DNA of 59,157 nt, filler included, from Sluysia triapertura (lineage: Eukaryota): NCBI GenBank assembly GCA_046118255.1. It is 5 parts of 5 records of this genome, joined end to end, with 100 filler letters (N's around TTAATTAATTAA, not from the genome) between each part and the next. Parts side by side here need not be neighbours in the genome. Positions count along the whole stretch, not along the records: positions 1 to 11,425 come from JBJNIA010184890.1; positions 11,526 to 24,035 come from JBJNIA010102545.1; 3 more parts are not named here. One strand, 5' to 3'. Every line of letters begins with the position of its first letter. Position 1 is the stretch's first letter. Below are positions 1 through 14,569 of the stretch, in pieces. Position numbers and translations under genes: made by a program. Under the pieces are notes generated by a model, which was given only the letters and a program-made list of their open reading frames with translations, did not search any database and was not told the origin of the DNA.

Positions 1-8
1 TATTATTA

Positions 9-76
<68 letters not shown>
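1..76. repeat. (TAT)n microsatellite at contig start
   Basis: Near-perfect TAT trimers from base 1 to 76. Confidence 0.97.
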
Positions 77-77
<1 letters not shown>

Positions 78-1822
78 GACATCCGTATGTGCGCTATGTA
101 ATTAAATTTAGTTTCGGATTAATAATTTTCAACTTTTGACTGGGTCATCATTTAGTATCCGGTCATGGTTGCGGTAGAACCCAATCTTATGAATTATCGG
201 ATTTCGCGTAGTATCTCTCGCAACAGGTCATTCGATTCTCGAAAAAACTAAGCATAACAATATCAGTTATTCAACTAGAATCGAAAATGATAAAAATAGA
301 CTGAATCTAATTGACTTATCTTCATTTATGGTAGGTTTTCTATATTCTTCGGAAATACCAACCAATAAATATCTGTCTAATTTTAATTATCACTATTTAC
401 TGTGGTTTTCTTAAATATAAACCTGGGCAAAATAAAAATTGAACAGGATCTGGTTACGGTAAATGTCTTATGTCGTAAAGAGGGCTTTCTGAAACTATAG
501 CTAAGCTAGACTCAATGTAAAAATTGATGTATCAATTTCAAATAAACTCGCCAACTAAATTAGACTAAAGTATCGTCAATTATTAATATCGATTAACCCA
601 ATTCACTGGAACCTTAATTTATTAAAATAAATACAACTCGAAATAGATATATTAACAAATTAATGATACACAAAATAATAAAATAAAAAGAATTAATGAT
701 TTTATGATCTTTGATCGTTTCTTCTATTATATTTTAGATTACAAACGCTACCCTCACTAGATCGGAGTATTGAAAAGTTCTGAAATATTTTACGATTCCA
801 TTCGTGATGATAGAAATTTCTTAAAATAACAAAACTTACTAAAATCAAATAATCCTCGATAAATTAATTTCCACAATTTCCTATTGAATTAGAATCAAAT
901 AACTCGAATCACCCCTAATTTTCAATTAGGAAAAAAGATGGCGTCAGAAAATTGTATAAAATTATGTGTACTAACCAATAGGAAGTGGTGGGATTTTCTG
1001 TAACATTCTAGAAGCTTCTATTCTGTTTTTAGAAGCAATTTTTCGAAATTTTATTTTCGTTTTTGGAAAATAAATATTTGTAAAATGATTTAAAAGATTT
1101 TAAAAGGATTTTAGAGTGTTTTAATAACATTTTATATGATTTTCACATTTTACATCGCATAGAGTCAGATCAATATTCAATTTAATATTTGTAGGACACA
1201 CAGAGTGAAACAATAGAAAATGATATTATTTGAAAATACTTAACTTGTTACCGATGATGTCGACGTGGGAGTGATGATAGTAACTTTGCGAACCATCTTT
1301 AATTTTACTTGAAAATTTTCGTTTAGAATAATCAAATAAGGCCCGAAATATTTCTGAATTTTTTAATTCATCAATCTATGATGATTGTTTTATCATAAGC
1401 ACGATCATGGGCAAACATTAATAAAATCTAAGACGGATCTTATCTTGATCATTGTAATGCATATAAAAATTATTTAGATAAGTATAAAATGTTACTCTTA
1501 TTTAGTATCTCTAATCTTTATCACTTGTACTTCGATAAAACGACTCGTTTTCTGCATTGTTATTATTTTTTTTAATTTTTAGATAAATTTTAACTACTCG
1601 ATATAATCAGTAACTAAAATTTATTTAATATAATATAGTTTTTAAAATAATAATGTATATTTTAAAATAATATTTGTTATTGCTTTATTCGATTTATTAA
1701 CTCGGAATACACATTAACTGAAATTATATAAATTATTAAAATTATTAAAAATAAATTATTTAAAAATACTCTCTATTAGATGTGGTGGCATCTTGGAGAC
1801 ATTTAATATTAATGATGTTGCA

Positions 1823-2503
1823 ATGGGTTGGTGCATCAATTCGTGTGGTTTTTTACAATTATGAAAAATGCATACTGATCAAGAATAAAAACCATCTAAA
1901 AATTCCAGATAACAAAATGAATTTATTAAATCATTAGAAAAAATAAATATCTCAGACTAAATCGGTGAGACATTCTCCGCCACAATCGATCACTCCCTTC
2001 CACCGTTCTACAGTTTGTCAGTTCCACGTTTGAAGAAGCGTGGTGATTTTGGTCGAAAAATTCTTCAATCCGCGTTGCTTCAAATGTGACACCAGAAAGA
2101 TGTTCGACATGAAGCGGGAAAGATTAAAATCCTAGATTTTGAACTTTTCCCATTTTCTTCAGACGTCGAGAAATGGCTTGTACGATCGCTCGGGTCAATT
2201 GACATGGATCAGTTGGTTCAAATTTCGAAAACCACTTTTGTGCTGTTCGTTCGCTGACTGCCTTTTCTCATTAACGCCACAAATAATTCTGTTGATTAAA
2301 ATAGAAAAGGAGTTGATGCCGGAAATCTTCATTTTTATCTACCTGACACTCAATTTTAATGTAAGTAATGAAAGTGAAAGTTAGTCTAAAATGATTTAAA
2401 TAGATAATTCAGCTGAATGCGTATATAACTCAAATCAGTTAAAACAAGAAGTTGGTGTGTTTTCTTTGCAACAAATAAAACTGCACGAATTTATACAATA
2501 ATT
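1823..2503 (-). mobile_element. Internally deleted mariner DNA transposon
   Basis: Imperfect TIRs: GGTTGGTGCATCAATTCGTGTGGTTTT (~1826-1852) versus the reverse complement of AAAACTGCACGAATTTATACAATAA (2477-2501); they resemble Hsmar1-type TIRs. Minus-strand frames give the mariner N-terminus (EDFRHQLLFYF...AVSERTAQKWFSKF) joined directly to the C-terminus (IEEFFD..SPRFFKRGTDKL/VERWKGVIDCGGECLTD). The catalytic core is deleted. Confidence 0.85.
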
Positions 2504-3706
2504 GAGATGTTTGCTGGTACTTATGCTAATGTATAACTATTTTCATTTTATCCAGTTTTTATCCATCCACAAAATTGATTAGATAGTACGATGAGATCCA
2601 ACTGGTGTCACGGACTGATCATATTGCCATTCTTACTCCAACGTATGTTCATTCTGACTTAGTAATAGTATTATGATGTACCATATAAATACTTCTTTCG
2701 TATTACATGGTTGTTTAGGTTTGTTATGGCAGGTTTTTATTGTTGCTAGTTTCATCTTGTACTTCTGGTGGCAGGCTAGTTGTCTGTAGAGGTACTTATG
2801 TACCCTTGTTGTTTAATGCTAGAGAAGTATGAGTAATCAAGGAGCTTCGGATAATTATTTAGTTATTTAATTATTTAATTATTTAATTATTTACGGAAGA
2901 ATGTTGAAAACTCTGAAAAACTTCGTTGTGGACAAAATAATTAGAACTATTATTGTGATAAATTAAAAATAGATACCAGACTATTTCACGATCTTGTGTT
3001 TTTATTTCTTTCTTTTAATGTTTAATTAAAATTATTAATTTAATTTGTACTTAGACTGCGGATAGTTGTCATTTTTTATTTATTATATATGAACTTAATG
3101 AAGATGTTTGGTATGCACATTTAAGAATTATTATTTTTTATTATTTATTCGTTATCAATATTTAAAAATGATCATTGAGATGTGCGATCAAAAATTATTG
3201 ACCAAATCAAAACCAAGCAACACAATGTTCCAAAATAGTTTAAGGACTGCGATGATGTAACAAGAAAAGACTGTGAAAGGATTTCATCGAAGCAGTTACA
3301 AGTGTCAATCTATAAATGGACCAAAGACTATACTAATAATAGAAATGAAGATACTTAATAATTCATTTAATGTTTCCGAATCAGATGACGATTTGATCAA
3401 CTTGAAATAGAACTCTCGTAAATGGAGAAAAGCATGGTCAATTTTCGTTCCATTGGAGAAGATTTTATCTATCACTTTATTGAACGTTGTCTCAGTTATG
3501 TTCACTTGATTCACATGTTCAACGGAATCTTAACGGCGACATTTACAATTCCAGTGTATTGGAGAAGTTCGCGAATCTTCACATGCATCTGCAACAGGAA
3601 GTTGTGTATCGTGCTACCATCTTCTCATTCACCATCACATAAAGATTCTAACTAGTACACCAAGAATTTCTTTTAATCAGCTTTTGTCAATAATGTACTA
3701 TTTGAA

Positions 3707-3750
3707 GTAGTAGCAGTGGCAGTAGTAGTAGTAGTAGTTGTAGTAGTAGT
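3707..3750. repeat. (GTA)n imperfect microsatellite
   Basis: A gtagtagcagtggcagtagtagta... run. Confidence 0.85.
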
Positions 3751-6029
3751 ATCTATTATTAATATTATTTATATTTTTGTGAAGTACCAGAATAATTTAA
3801 AGATCATAAACATGATTATTAATTAATATTCGAAACATGTCTATGAAGATATTTAAAATTGAAAAATATATATAGATACGCTATAGATTATTTATAAATG
3901 ACTTATAAAGCCGAATATTAATTAAGAAAATATTAAGTTACCACCAAAATCGATTAATGATATAAGTGATGGATGACGAGTACAAGTAGACCTTAAAAAT
4001 GTGGCATGAATTAAATTGTGATAATTGTTTTAATTAAATGATTAGACAGATATTTCAATAAATATTTCTGAAAAATTTAGGAAAATAAGTTAATGTCCAC
4101 ATTATTTTCGCAAATTAATATTTATTGGATATTTTCGTGTATTTATTTTTCCACTAGAATAATTGTTTTATACGAATATCGATAATAAATAATAAATAAT
4201 AAATAATAATCGCTTGATTAGTCTTTTTTATTTTCAGACCAATGATGGGTATCATAACCATTTGCAGAGAGATAAACCATACTCTGCGTTCTCATGTTTC
4301 ACTCAGTGTGAAAATAATCGTGCATCAGATACTCCATATAATGGTAACATTATTTATTGCATTTAAAATTAGATAAATATCAATTTCTACTCTAATTAAC
4401 CCTTTTGTACCAAAATTTTAATCAAACACAGAACAATGTCCCACTCGATATCCAATACAGCTCGATTATCTTTGTAAATAAATATTCTAGAATTCTACTC
4501 GCTTATGATTGACTATCGGTTTACATAAATAGCTGCAGCTGGTCACAAAGCAAACACAAATACCACAATCTTGGATGTCGTTAAGTCGATTTATCTACAA
4601 TTTCTGGTCATCTCCTGGTGCAGTGATTTTATTCTATTAATTCGTATCCAGAACAACTCCATTAATTTTCAATTCACGAGGAAGATGTCCCGGCAGAAGT
4701 AAAAATCGTTCTCAAACGAGACCTTTTAACCCCGATGTAGCGCGGGGAATAATTTTGTGATTCTGTACGGTGAATTAGGGCGTCCTGATTTCACAGAAAT
4801 TATTAAATTAATGATGGTTACAAATATATTTTAAATTGCTTCGATTTGTCTTCCAGATTTGCAAGAGCAGTACCAGTTACATCAAATAGTGGCACAAAAA
4901 CATCAACAGACTAATTTAGATAAAGAGTTTTACATAAAGATGTGAAAAAGTACCCCTAGGTAGTGGCTCGCCTCTGTACAAATATATTTTCTATAAATAT
5001 AAAATTATCAAAAACATTAAATAGATAACGATCATAATTTTACAGCTTCTCTGGATACATTTTTCACGCCTCTGTATGCGTTTTAAACATTATTCCACAT
5101 CATTTATACTATCTTAAACTGCACTATTCAAAAAGGTTTTTGTTTAAATAAATACTGCGTGATTAACTAAACATGTAGAAAAATGTATACGTTGTGGGCG
5201 GGAAATTAAATTAATTTCAAATGAACTTCCAAATGATTGCGATTAAAAATTATAATCCTGCATGATTTGATTAAAAAATTGTCAATTCCGGCACGTTTCA
5301 TAGTTCTTTAATTCGAATACGATAATCAAATGAAATTACTCGTTTATTGTCTTTGATTGTTATTTTATCGATTTCTGTACAATAATTTAAAAAATAAATT
5401 TGCTCATAAATTTATTAAGTAAAAAATGAATTCGTAAATCAATTATAATAAATTTGTTAAATTTGTAAATCAATTCTTTAAATACAGAAATTTTAAATTT
5501 AAATAATATTCAAATAAAATAATTTAAAACAATTTTAAAAACTAAATTATCATGAATTCACAATTAGATTAAAATATTTGTTTATATACAAATTTATAAA
5601 TAAGCGACTGATTTACATATTACTACATAAAACTATTCTACACATATCTAACAATGTGGTTTAAGTGACTGTCAACACAGTTCAGCACAAATCATTTATT
5701 AGCTGTAATTTAGTTTTCAGCATTAATAAAATTACAAAACATTTTAGTTTCACCGTAATTCCGCCACGTACAAGGTCCTACTTAACTTTATTAAAGTTTT
5801 GAGCTATTTTAATGCAGTACAATTAATCGTATCTTAATCTAGGAACATTAATCTAAAGCGACAAAATAATTATTAATGTAAGAGATTATTTGGTTTGGTC
5901 GAGTTAATAATATAAAAATTTTTGTTATTAAAAATTTTATCTTTTATATATTAACTAAGGAAATTTTATTTTGAAGATTTATTAATTCAAATTCTATGTT
6001 GTTGATTTTAAAACAAGAATATAAAAAGG

Positions 6030-6599
6030 TCAAAACATCAAATTATACATATTTTTACGGAAACTAAAATTGTACATTTCATTAGGTTGTGGTATCCTAG
6101 AATAAAAATAAGAAAAATCAAAATTAGTTAATACATCAGTGTATAAATTCGAAATTACTTTAATATTTTTGTATTTTACCTCTTTGTTGAATTGGATCTC
6201 ACCGCCATTTTCATCGTACTTCTTTTCACATATTGAACTGCTGGTTGTACAGTCATAGAGTATTGTTTTCATAAGGTTCTGTATACGCTTGACATGGTCA
6301 TGGAATAATAATAGATTAGTAATAAGATAACTTATTTGATCCTCTGTATGATAGAATCCACAAGCCTCACCAAACTTGATGCATTGTCCTGTCTCGTTGG
6401 ATTGGAATGGACATTGTATTGCTCCGACTGGATTATGATTTTCTGGACTTGAGATAAATTCGTTCACCGACTTAGTTTTACTTGAATCATTTCGATCACG
6501 TCAATATAAGTTTCCTCAATGAGTCGGAGAATGTTCATTGAAAAATATATAATGCTAATATTGGTAAATATATTCATATCTTTCTTTTACTTGTTCCAT
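6030..6599 (-). pseudogene. Orphan intronless ORF (~189 codons) with a CCCH-like zinc finger, interrupted by three in-frame stops
   Basis: The ATG at 6599 is in frame with the 145-aa ORF 6030-6467 (MEQVKERYEYIYQY*HYIFFNEHSPTH*GNLY*RDRNDSSKTKSVNEF...). It contains CPFQSNETGQCIKFGEACGFYH, a C-x9-C-x6-C-x3-H pattern. Confidence 0.55.
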
Positions 6600-7849
6600 T
6601 TCTTTACATAAAAACAACTGAGTTTACATTAAAACTCTTTTAAAATTAAGTTTAAAATGTGATTGTAATATTTTAAATTGATTTTAAAATAGATATTTGA
6701 TAATTTAAAAATGTGATTGTGGTTTTGATGTTATGGGATAATGAATAGAATGTTTTAAATGAATTTTTTAAATGAACATTGATGGTTTTGAATTTAACTA
6801 TGATTTTAATGTTAAAATTATGAATTTAAAATGTTTGAAGTATGAAAATGATTTTAATGGATTTAAAAAATGTAAAATATGGGAAAGGTTTTGAAAAATT
6901 TTGAAGAGGTAAACATTCAAAGAATAACGTTACACATTGAAAGTTTTACGACATGAAATTCCTTTACTTAATTCATGTCTGTTTACAGGTATTCCTTGTT
7001 GCCTTAACGAAGGCCATGTAAATAAATACGATTCTACAGAAGATAGATGCACAAAAACGAGCATAATTCTATGAGATCCTGATTCATATAAAGTCGATTT
7101 GCTTGATAATAAAACTACAACAGATTATTCAACGTATATTCAACATTTTACATTTAACTACTATTCTTTTAACGAATTGAATGTCGCAAACATTCGTACT
7201 CTTCCAACAATCCCATCACTAATCGTATATCTTCAAATCAACAGAAGTACAAATTTTTTCGAACTGTCCAATGTACATTCCAATTGAATGAATTAAATGA
7301 ATGCTTGTTATTTTTATCATAACATCCAAGAAATATGTTAATTGATGCTAAACGAAACATTATTAATGATCACTTAGAACGTGCAAATAATTTAGTAATG
7401 ATTATTCAGGATGGGAAAGTTAAAGATTCATGCTAATTTCTTACACAATACTGAATCTATTAGCTCTATAGACGATTTTGAATCAAAATTAATTTTCATT
7501 TTTTTAATCAACAGTTATACAATTTTGATTACTTTACTTAAGGAATCCGCAGTCGGAGAAAGTTATTAAGTGTCGAAATGCAAACATCCCCTTCAATATC
7601 ATAAATGACTCTGTAACTTTTAATGTTTATATAATATTTGTGTTCAAAATAATAAAAAATAAATCTGTGCTTTGCCTCAGCCACTTCATTAATAAAGATA
7701 AATAAATATAAAACAATTTAAGTAAATTTATGTAATTTTACTAACTATATAATGAAACCTGATAAGTTAATAAAAATTAATTTTAAAGATATATATCATG
7801 TTAAAAACATAAAGTATATAAACCTCCTTTAATCCCAAAATAGTAATAT

Positions 7850-7892
7850 AATAATGATAATAACATAATAATTATTATTATTCCAGGGTCTC

Positions 7893-7956
<64 letters not shown>

Positions 7957-8075
7957 GTAATAAAATTATTATTCCAGGGTCTCAATTTTTGCAGTTTAAT
8001 AATAATAATAGTTATATAATAATGATAATAATATAATTATTATTATTATTCCAGGGTCTCAATTCTCGCAGTTTT
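7850..8075. repeat. Three copies of TTCCAGGGTCTCAAT embedded in (AAT)n/(ATT)n tracts
   Basis: Exact 15-mers at 7881-7895, 7972-7986 and 8049-8063, each preceded by ATT repeats. Copies 2 and 3 continue ...GCAGTTT. Confidence 0.9.
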
Positions 8076-11000
8076 GCATATTACCGATATCGAAATGGAA
8101 CACCAATAGTAAAAAGAGATAATATGAACAATCCAATATTGACTCCGTGGTCGCACAGCAATCTGAATTGGTAATATTAAATTAATACATATTTAAAATA
8201 CACATTTCAATAATTAATACAATACCGTTAAGTTATTCTAAAATACGATTAACAACTAAGCTTATTTATCAATCTTGTGTATCAATTCTTACTTGGTGAA
8301 TTGTTTTAATTGTAACTGCGAATTAAAGATTTTCTACAATATCAGAGAGAAAACAGTGACAATGTCTCTTTGTTCCACAATTCAGAAATAAGTCTACCAA
8401 TCCGCTAACGAGATCCAAAATGCCGAAATTAACTATGAAATGAACATAAATAAAAATAAAATAAATGAAAAGCAAATAAACATGGCAATACAAATATTGT
8501 AATCGGTAATAGATGAAATGGAGGCAGTGTTTTGGAGAGCTTTATATATACTGTTATTTTATTTACGTTATTAAATTTGAAAGTTGGAAACATTAAATTC
8601 AGTGAAATTTTTTATTATCATTTTAAGATTACTAATTAACTTAGACTTAGGGCTTTAAAAAAGCACATAAAATTTATTTTAAAACGCAAAACCTTATACT
8701 AACAAATTAATTACAGTTACCAACATAATAACGACTTCTAAAAGTATTTGATTGTATCTCGGTTGATAATTATGTTACTGTATTCATGTGATGAGCTCGC
8801 TCATTCCATCAGAAATGAACTGTATGCCAATTTTGCTTATAATATTAGCTTTTCAAAGACATTTGATTAAATATTCTTTCAATTTTTTTTGAATGACATA
8901 TAAAAATGAATATGACATGAATAAACATGAATATGACATGCATAATACAGCTCCAAAGAAAAAACACAAAAATACAATTTACCTATTACAGTAAGTGTTA
9001 TAAGGATCTAATAAATGAGTACACACGTTAAATGTTTCTTAATGAAGTCGAACAACAGATGTAATGCATTTCTATACCGATTTTAACATCAGACAGCTAT
9101 CATTCTTACAAGGTGATGAAGTTTCATTCTTAGTGTCTTCCATACAACTCAAAATAAAAGCAATACTTAATTGATTTTTTTAAATTTATCTTAGAAATAA
9201 TTATGACAATAAATAATATTAATTATAAATATAAATATAAATAATAGTAAGTAATGGGAATAACTAAAACAATAATAGTTATAAAAAAAGTAATAGTATA
9301 AATGAAATAATAATCATTAAAATATCCTACTTTCATTTGTAAATAGGTAATTGTTTTAAAAAAATTAATTTTTTTAAAATAATAATAATAATGCGGATGA
9401 AATGCAAATATATTCTGAATTTGAAATTATCAAAATAGAAAATACTATTAAAAGTAAGGGAGAACTAATAATAATTGAATGTATAAATTATTTTAGAATA
9501 AATATTTGAGCATAAGTGAACAAAAGTTTGCTAAAATAAATGAATCAAAGTTAATATGCTAGATACTATATGGATTAAAAAATTAATACAGAAGAAAATA
9601 TTAATTGTATTGTCAAAGACTGAAAGTACCAATAACTGCAAGAGTATAATTCGAAATCACGGTGATTATCTATGACTGTTACGTTAAGAAAGATCTGAAT
9701 ATTTCTCGAAAATGATATAATAATTTATGCACAATAAGGTGTTAATTCGTTACAAATGATTTTGGGCATAAAATGAAGTAGAAGCAGCAGCAATAATAAT
9801 GATAAAATACGAGAAACAATACAAGAATAAATGAAACATTGTAACAACGATAATAGTTATAATATTTATTAATAGTACTATAATAGTTATTGTGGTAATA
9901 ATTATGATAATAACAGTTGCAAAGTTATAGTGATTATTAATTAGTAAGACTACGTTTATGTATTAAGTAATTTGTTTAATAATTTATTTAAGTAAGAAGT
10001 GTTGATTTGTGATGAGTTGATTTAGAATATTTAAAAAGGTCTCATTTTCGAATTTGAGTCCAATACTGCTGCAACAAAGTGTGCCACAATAAATACTTGA
10101 AGTAAATATTAGAAAAAAACGCCAAGATACACAGGAAAGATTAACCAGGTCTTCCTTGTTTACTAAATTATGATCGAGATAAATATAAAGTATGAGACAT
10201 GCGTGGATACGATAAAATATCAGTAATAACTTAATATAACTTAAAATTTAACACAATTTTAAATTATTGTTTTATTTTCAATGTTTCCCAATATATTCTT
10301 CACTAGTGACTACAATGTTCCCAATCTGGTAGTGCGGGAGGTGGTCAGAAACCGGACTGGTGGCGGTGCGACTCATTCGAAAATAATTTCTGGCTTAGTG
10401 TTACCCACTGTTCTAGTACGATTGATTTACATTATATTATTATTGTTAAATATCAAATATTTTGCCACGGAAAAACGACAAATAATCGAATAATTTCAAA
10501 ATTGCGAGTAATCAACAAAGTAAAACTGAAACAACAGTATCCTTTTAAATGTATGAGTCATAAAATAACTTTGTAAGTGTACTAAAACATATCATATCCT
10601 CCTTATCTCTACAAGTGTTTCATTTAAAGAACTACTTACAAAATAAAAATCAATATAGGGTTCACCTACCCTGTACGATCTAATATTTATGTAACTTATA
10701 ATAAATATTTGATTTTCTGACATCACTTTACAACCTTCTAAATTTTACTATATAAATGTGCAATTTTCTCAGTTGACCCAATCAGCTGCTTCTCGTTTCT
10801 ATTTTATTTACTGACAATTATTTGATTGGCTCTCATTTGTTTAAGTTGCATGTTTTTCTCCCTTCTTCAAATACCTTTTTAATATCTCACTGATACACTC
10901 TTAATCTACTTTAGTAGATTAAACATTTATATAAAAACATAATAAACCGATTATTAATAATGAATAATTATTATATTCAATAATGAATAATAAATATTGC

Positions 11001-11425
11001 AAAATATAGGAAGACAACCTCGATAAAATTGTATATTCAATTTTAATATATTAAGAATAAAATTCTTTATATAAATTTATATTTTATTTCCATTGAATCC
11101 TCTACAGGTCCTATTTAATTCCAATTTAATAACAATTCCTACTTAACACACAATTTTCACATTAAAGGCCTGACTCAAAAACATACTCAAATCGAATTTA
11201 AATTATTTATTAATTTAATTATGTTTAAGTTATATTTACGTAATATTTATATAATATAAAAAATAAAAATAAAAATTCTGACTTACCAATATATCAAAAC
11301 GAATATTCCTATTTGTTTACAATATAACACTTGCAATCTATGGAGAATTATCCAGATCTGGAAAACGTTAAGGTATGTTCTGTAGTGAATGTTATTTATC
11401 TTATTTTATGTTTGATTTTAATCTT

Positions 11426-11525
11426 NNNNNNNNNNNNNNNNNNNNNNNNNNNNNNNNNNNNNNNNNNNNTTAATTAATTAANNNNNNNNNNNNNNNNNNN
11501 NNNNNNNNNNNNNNNNNNNNNNNNN
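11426..11525. other. Artificial contig linker N44-TTAATTAATTAA-N44
   Basis: An identical 100-bp six-frame-stop spacer that occurs four times in the window. Confidence 0.98.
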
Positions 11526-13961
11526 CTCGCACTTTACATAGTAAAATCCAACGGCTGGCCCTAACCGATAAGTCCAGTACGTTGGTGGACTCACATTAAA
11601 TTGTAAAATCTTCTTTTATTCTCTCACCATATCAAAAAAGTAATTTTACTATATATTACTGTATTACAAAAATTAGAAAATGTTATTATGGAAAAAATCA
11701 AGTGTAAATAAATGGATTTTATTCAATCATCCAAGATATTGACATAAGTTATTTATTGAAGGTATTTAGTGTTCGATATTTGAAGAAGTTACCCATTGAA
11801 GATATTTGGTATTTGGTATCTAATTGTTATTTGAAAAACTGACATTTTATAATTTAAAATACATTAATATTTAATATTTTGAAATAATTAGTGTTAAATT
11901 TAAATTTAAAGTTATATAAAATATAAAGATTAATATATTCGACTGATTTCGTTTTATAGACGTTGTATCAAAGTTGTTACTTACATTTGATAAATAAAAT
12001 TTTAGTGAGTTTAGTTTATATTATTTGATTTTAAGAAGAAAAACTTGAATTTTAACATTAATCAAACAAAACTGTACTTCCAACTCTTACATCAGAGACG
12101 AGCGAACAGTAACCTCCAGATATTATTATAAGTGTCAGAAAGTAATTATCTTAAGCTCAAGTTGCAATCTTAGCACGTACAAGTCGGGCAGAAAGTTATT
12201 ATTAAAGACTTAACATCATAATACTTCTAACAATTATAAATATTTCGAATGATTATTGAGTTTACGTAAATTTATAACTACTCCAATCAATGACGTATTC
12301 GGAGTTTCAGAATTTTCATGTAACTTCTGAATTTCTTCTAAGACGGGATCATATAATTGTCTTTGATGTTTTTCAATTATTACTGTCTTTATTGAAATAA
12401 TATTCGATCTTTTAGCAAATCTTGTATTGGATACATTTTGATTTTAATTCTGATGTTTCATTATTTTCATCATTTTTGATTGATTATTTTGAAATAAAAG
12501 CTCGATAAATTCAGCTGAAATAGTTTAATTACTAATTTGAATAAAAGCCTAATTCTGACGTTTTTCCCATGAATTAACTAGAAAATCTGTCATATATTCT
12601 GCAGACACAGGCCAATAATAATGATTAATACGATTCATTTTCAATAAAAAGAGGTTTAATTATTCCGTTTATATATATCAAAATATTCACATTCTGAAAA
12701 GTACTTTCAATTTATATCTAAAACATTTTTATGAGAAGGAATAACGAAGACAATAAACTGCTTTCAAAGGTATTACATAAAACAAGTGAACTAAATTCAC
12801 TCGCCTTAACAAGACTTCATTCCTAATTTCTACATCGATACATTATCCAATAGTACTAACTCTAACTTCAAAACGACTCACATATCACACAAATTTATAA
12901 CACAAAAATGGATGATGTCTCTAACAAATTTGCATTGTAATTTAAACTAACAATACGATACACCCAATATCTTTTTTCATTGATGATATTGTCGAATATA
13001 ATATATAAATATTATAAAAATAGTGAGATACCATTGTTATATTTACAATTTATTTAAATTATAAAATAATAATTTTATCTATATAATTTTTAGTAACATT
13101 TTGATAATTATTAAAATTAATATCAGAAATACCTTACTGTCGATAATATGTCAATATTATCTTCCATTATTGTACTGATATCAGAATTAAAACAATTTAT
13201 AATCTCAAATACCATCTAATCATTACGAATACTAATATCATTTGGTATTATAAATTGCATATTTTCAATGACTCATCGTAGATTATTGATTGAAGGATTA
13301 ATTCATGCGAATAATATAATAGTTTGTGTGTTATAAATTGTAAATAAACCTATCAAGAATTCCTTTGGATTAACAAACATTTTATAACAGTTTTTCCACA
13401 TAATCTATAATTACGTTATTGGTAAAGTTGGTAAAGTTGGATTTGCAGCAATAAACATTCTATTTTATTAAGATATTGATTTTAACAATATTGGTTATTC
13501 ATTGATTAGTATTAGTATAATTTCATGTTTTTTAAAAATCTAATTTACTATTAGTATGAAAATTTAATATCTATATATTAGAATATATAATTATGTCGGT
13601 GAGAACTCCTCCTGATAGAATACGTATGATAATTTTCTTATTTTGAAGTGGTTTTTACAATTTTCTCATAATTTAAATCTATTTTGTGTTAATCAATAAA
13701 AGTAATCAAAATTTTTTTTCAATTTAAGTTGGTGATAAAACTCCTTTTTAAGTGGATATTTTATCCAATGGCTATATATGAGCTCTGAAGTTGAGATATT
13801 AGGGTGTTGTATATTATTCTTTAATTTGATTGGACCAAAACAAAATCAATAATAATGTTAAATAATGATTTAATTTTTATATTTTGCTTGTTTTATATAA
13901 TACATAATGCAAAAAATACACTTGACAAAAAATTTCAAGAGAAAAGTATTTATGTAATTTG

Positions 13962-14042
13962 ATTATTATTATTATTATTATTATTATCATTACTATTATT
14001 ATTACTATTACTATTATTATTATTATTGCTATTATTATTATT
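13962..14042. repeat. (ATT)n imperfect microsatellite
   Basis: ATT/ACT trimers. Confidence 0.93.
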
Positions 14043-14569
14043 AAAATTATTTAATATTGAATTTGATGAAACAAATGAGTCTGGATAAATAATGAGTCAG
14101 TTTCAGATAAAATGAATTCAAAAGTGATTTCCCTTGGGTGATTCGGTTGAGTGAATAACTTTTTGTCAATATTTCTGAATAAAGCTTGTTTTAATTTTAC
14201 AACAAATAAACAGTATATATAAATTTAAATAAACAATATAATTTATTATCGTAATTTATTATTGTAGTGTGAAGAAATGAAGCAAATTGAAAATAACCGA
14301 AGGCAAAATAAATTGTTGCAGGGTTCGGTTACAGTAAACAACTTACAACGAAAAAATGACAAATCTTGAAATGTATCTTTTAATTTTGCATCCTTCAGTT
14401 TACTTTATATAATCACTTAACATACAATTTATTCATTGTTATGTTATTCATTGTTTTTTATTCATTGTTATGTGACGTAATTATATAATATTCGGTTTCA
14501 TTAATATATATTAGTGTTTTTATAGATTCTTTACCTTTAAGCACAATAAAGTTATTTCTCATTTAAAAT

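Noticed and set aside
10312-10412. hAT/Charlie MITE
   Set aside because: The TIR match is poor and the 8-bp TSDs do not agree.
11470-11481. TTAATTAATTAA palindrome as a biological site
   Set aside because: It is always centred in N44 blocks, so it is a synthetic six-frame stop linker.
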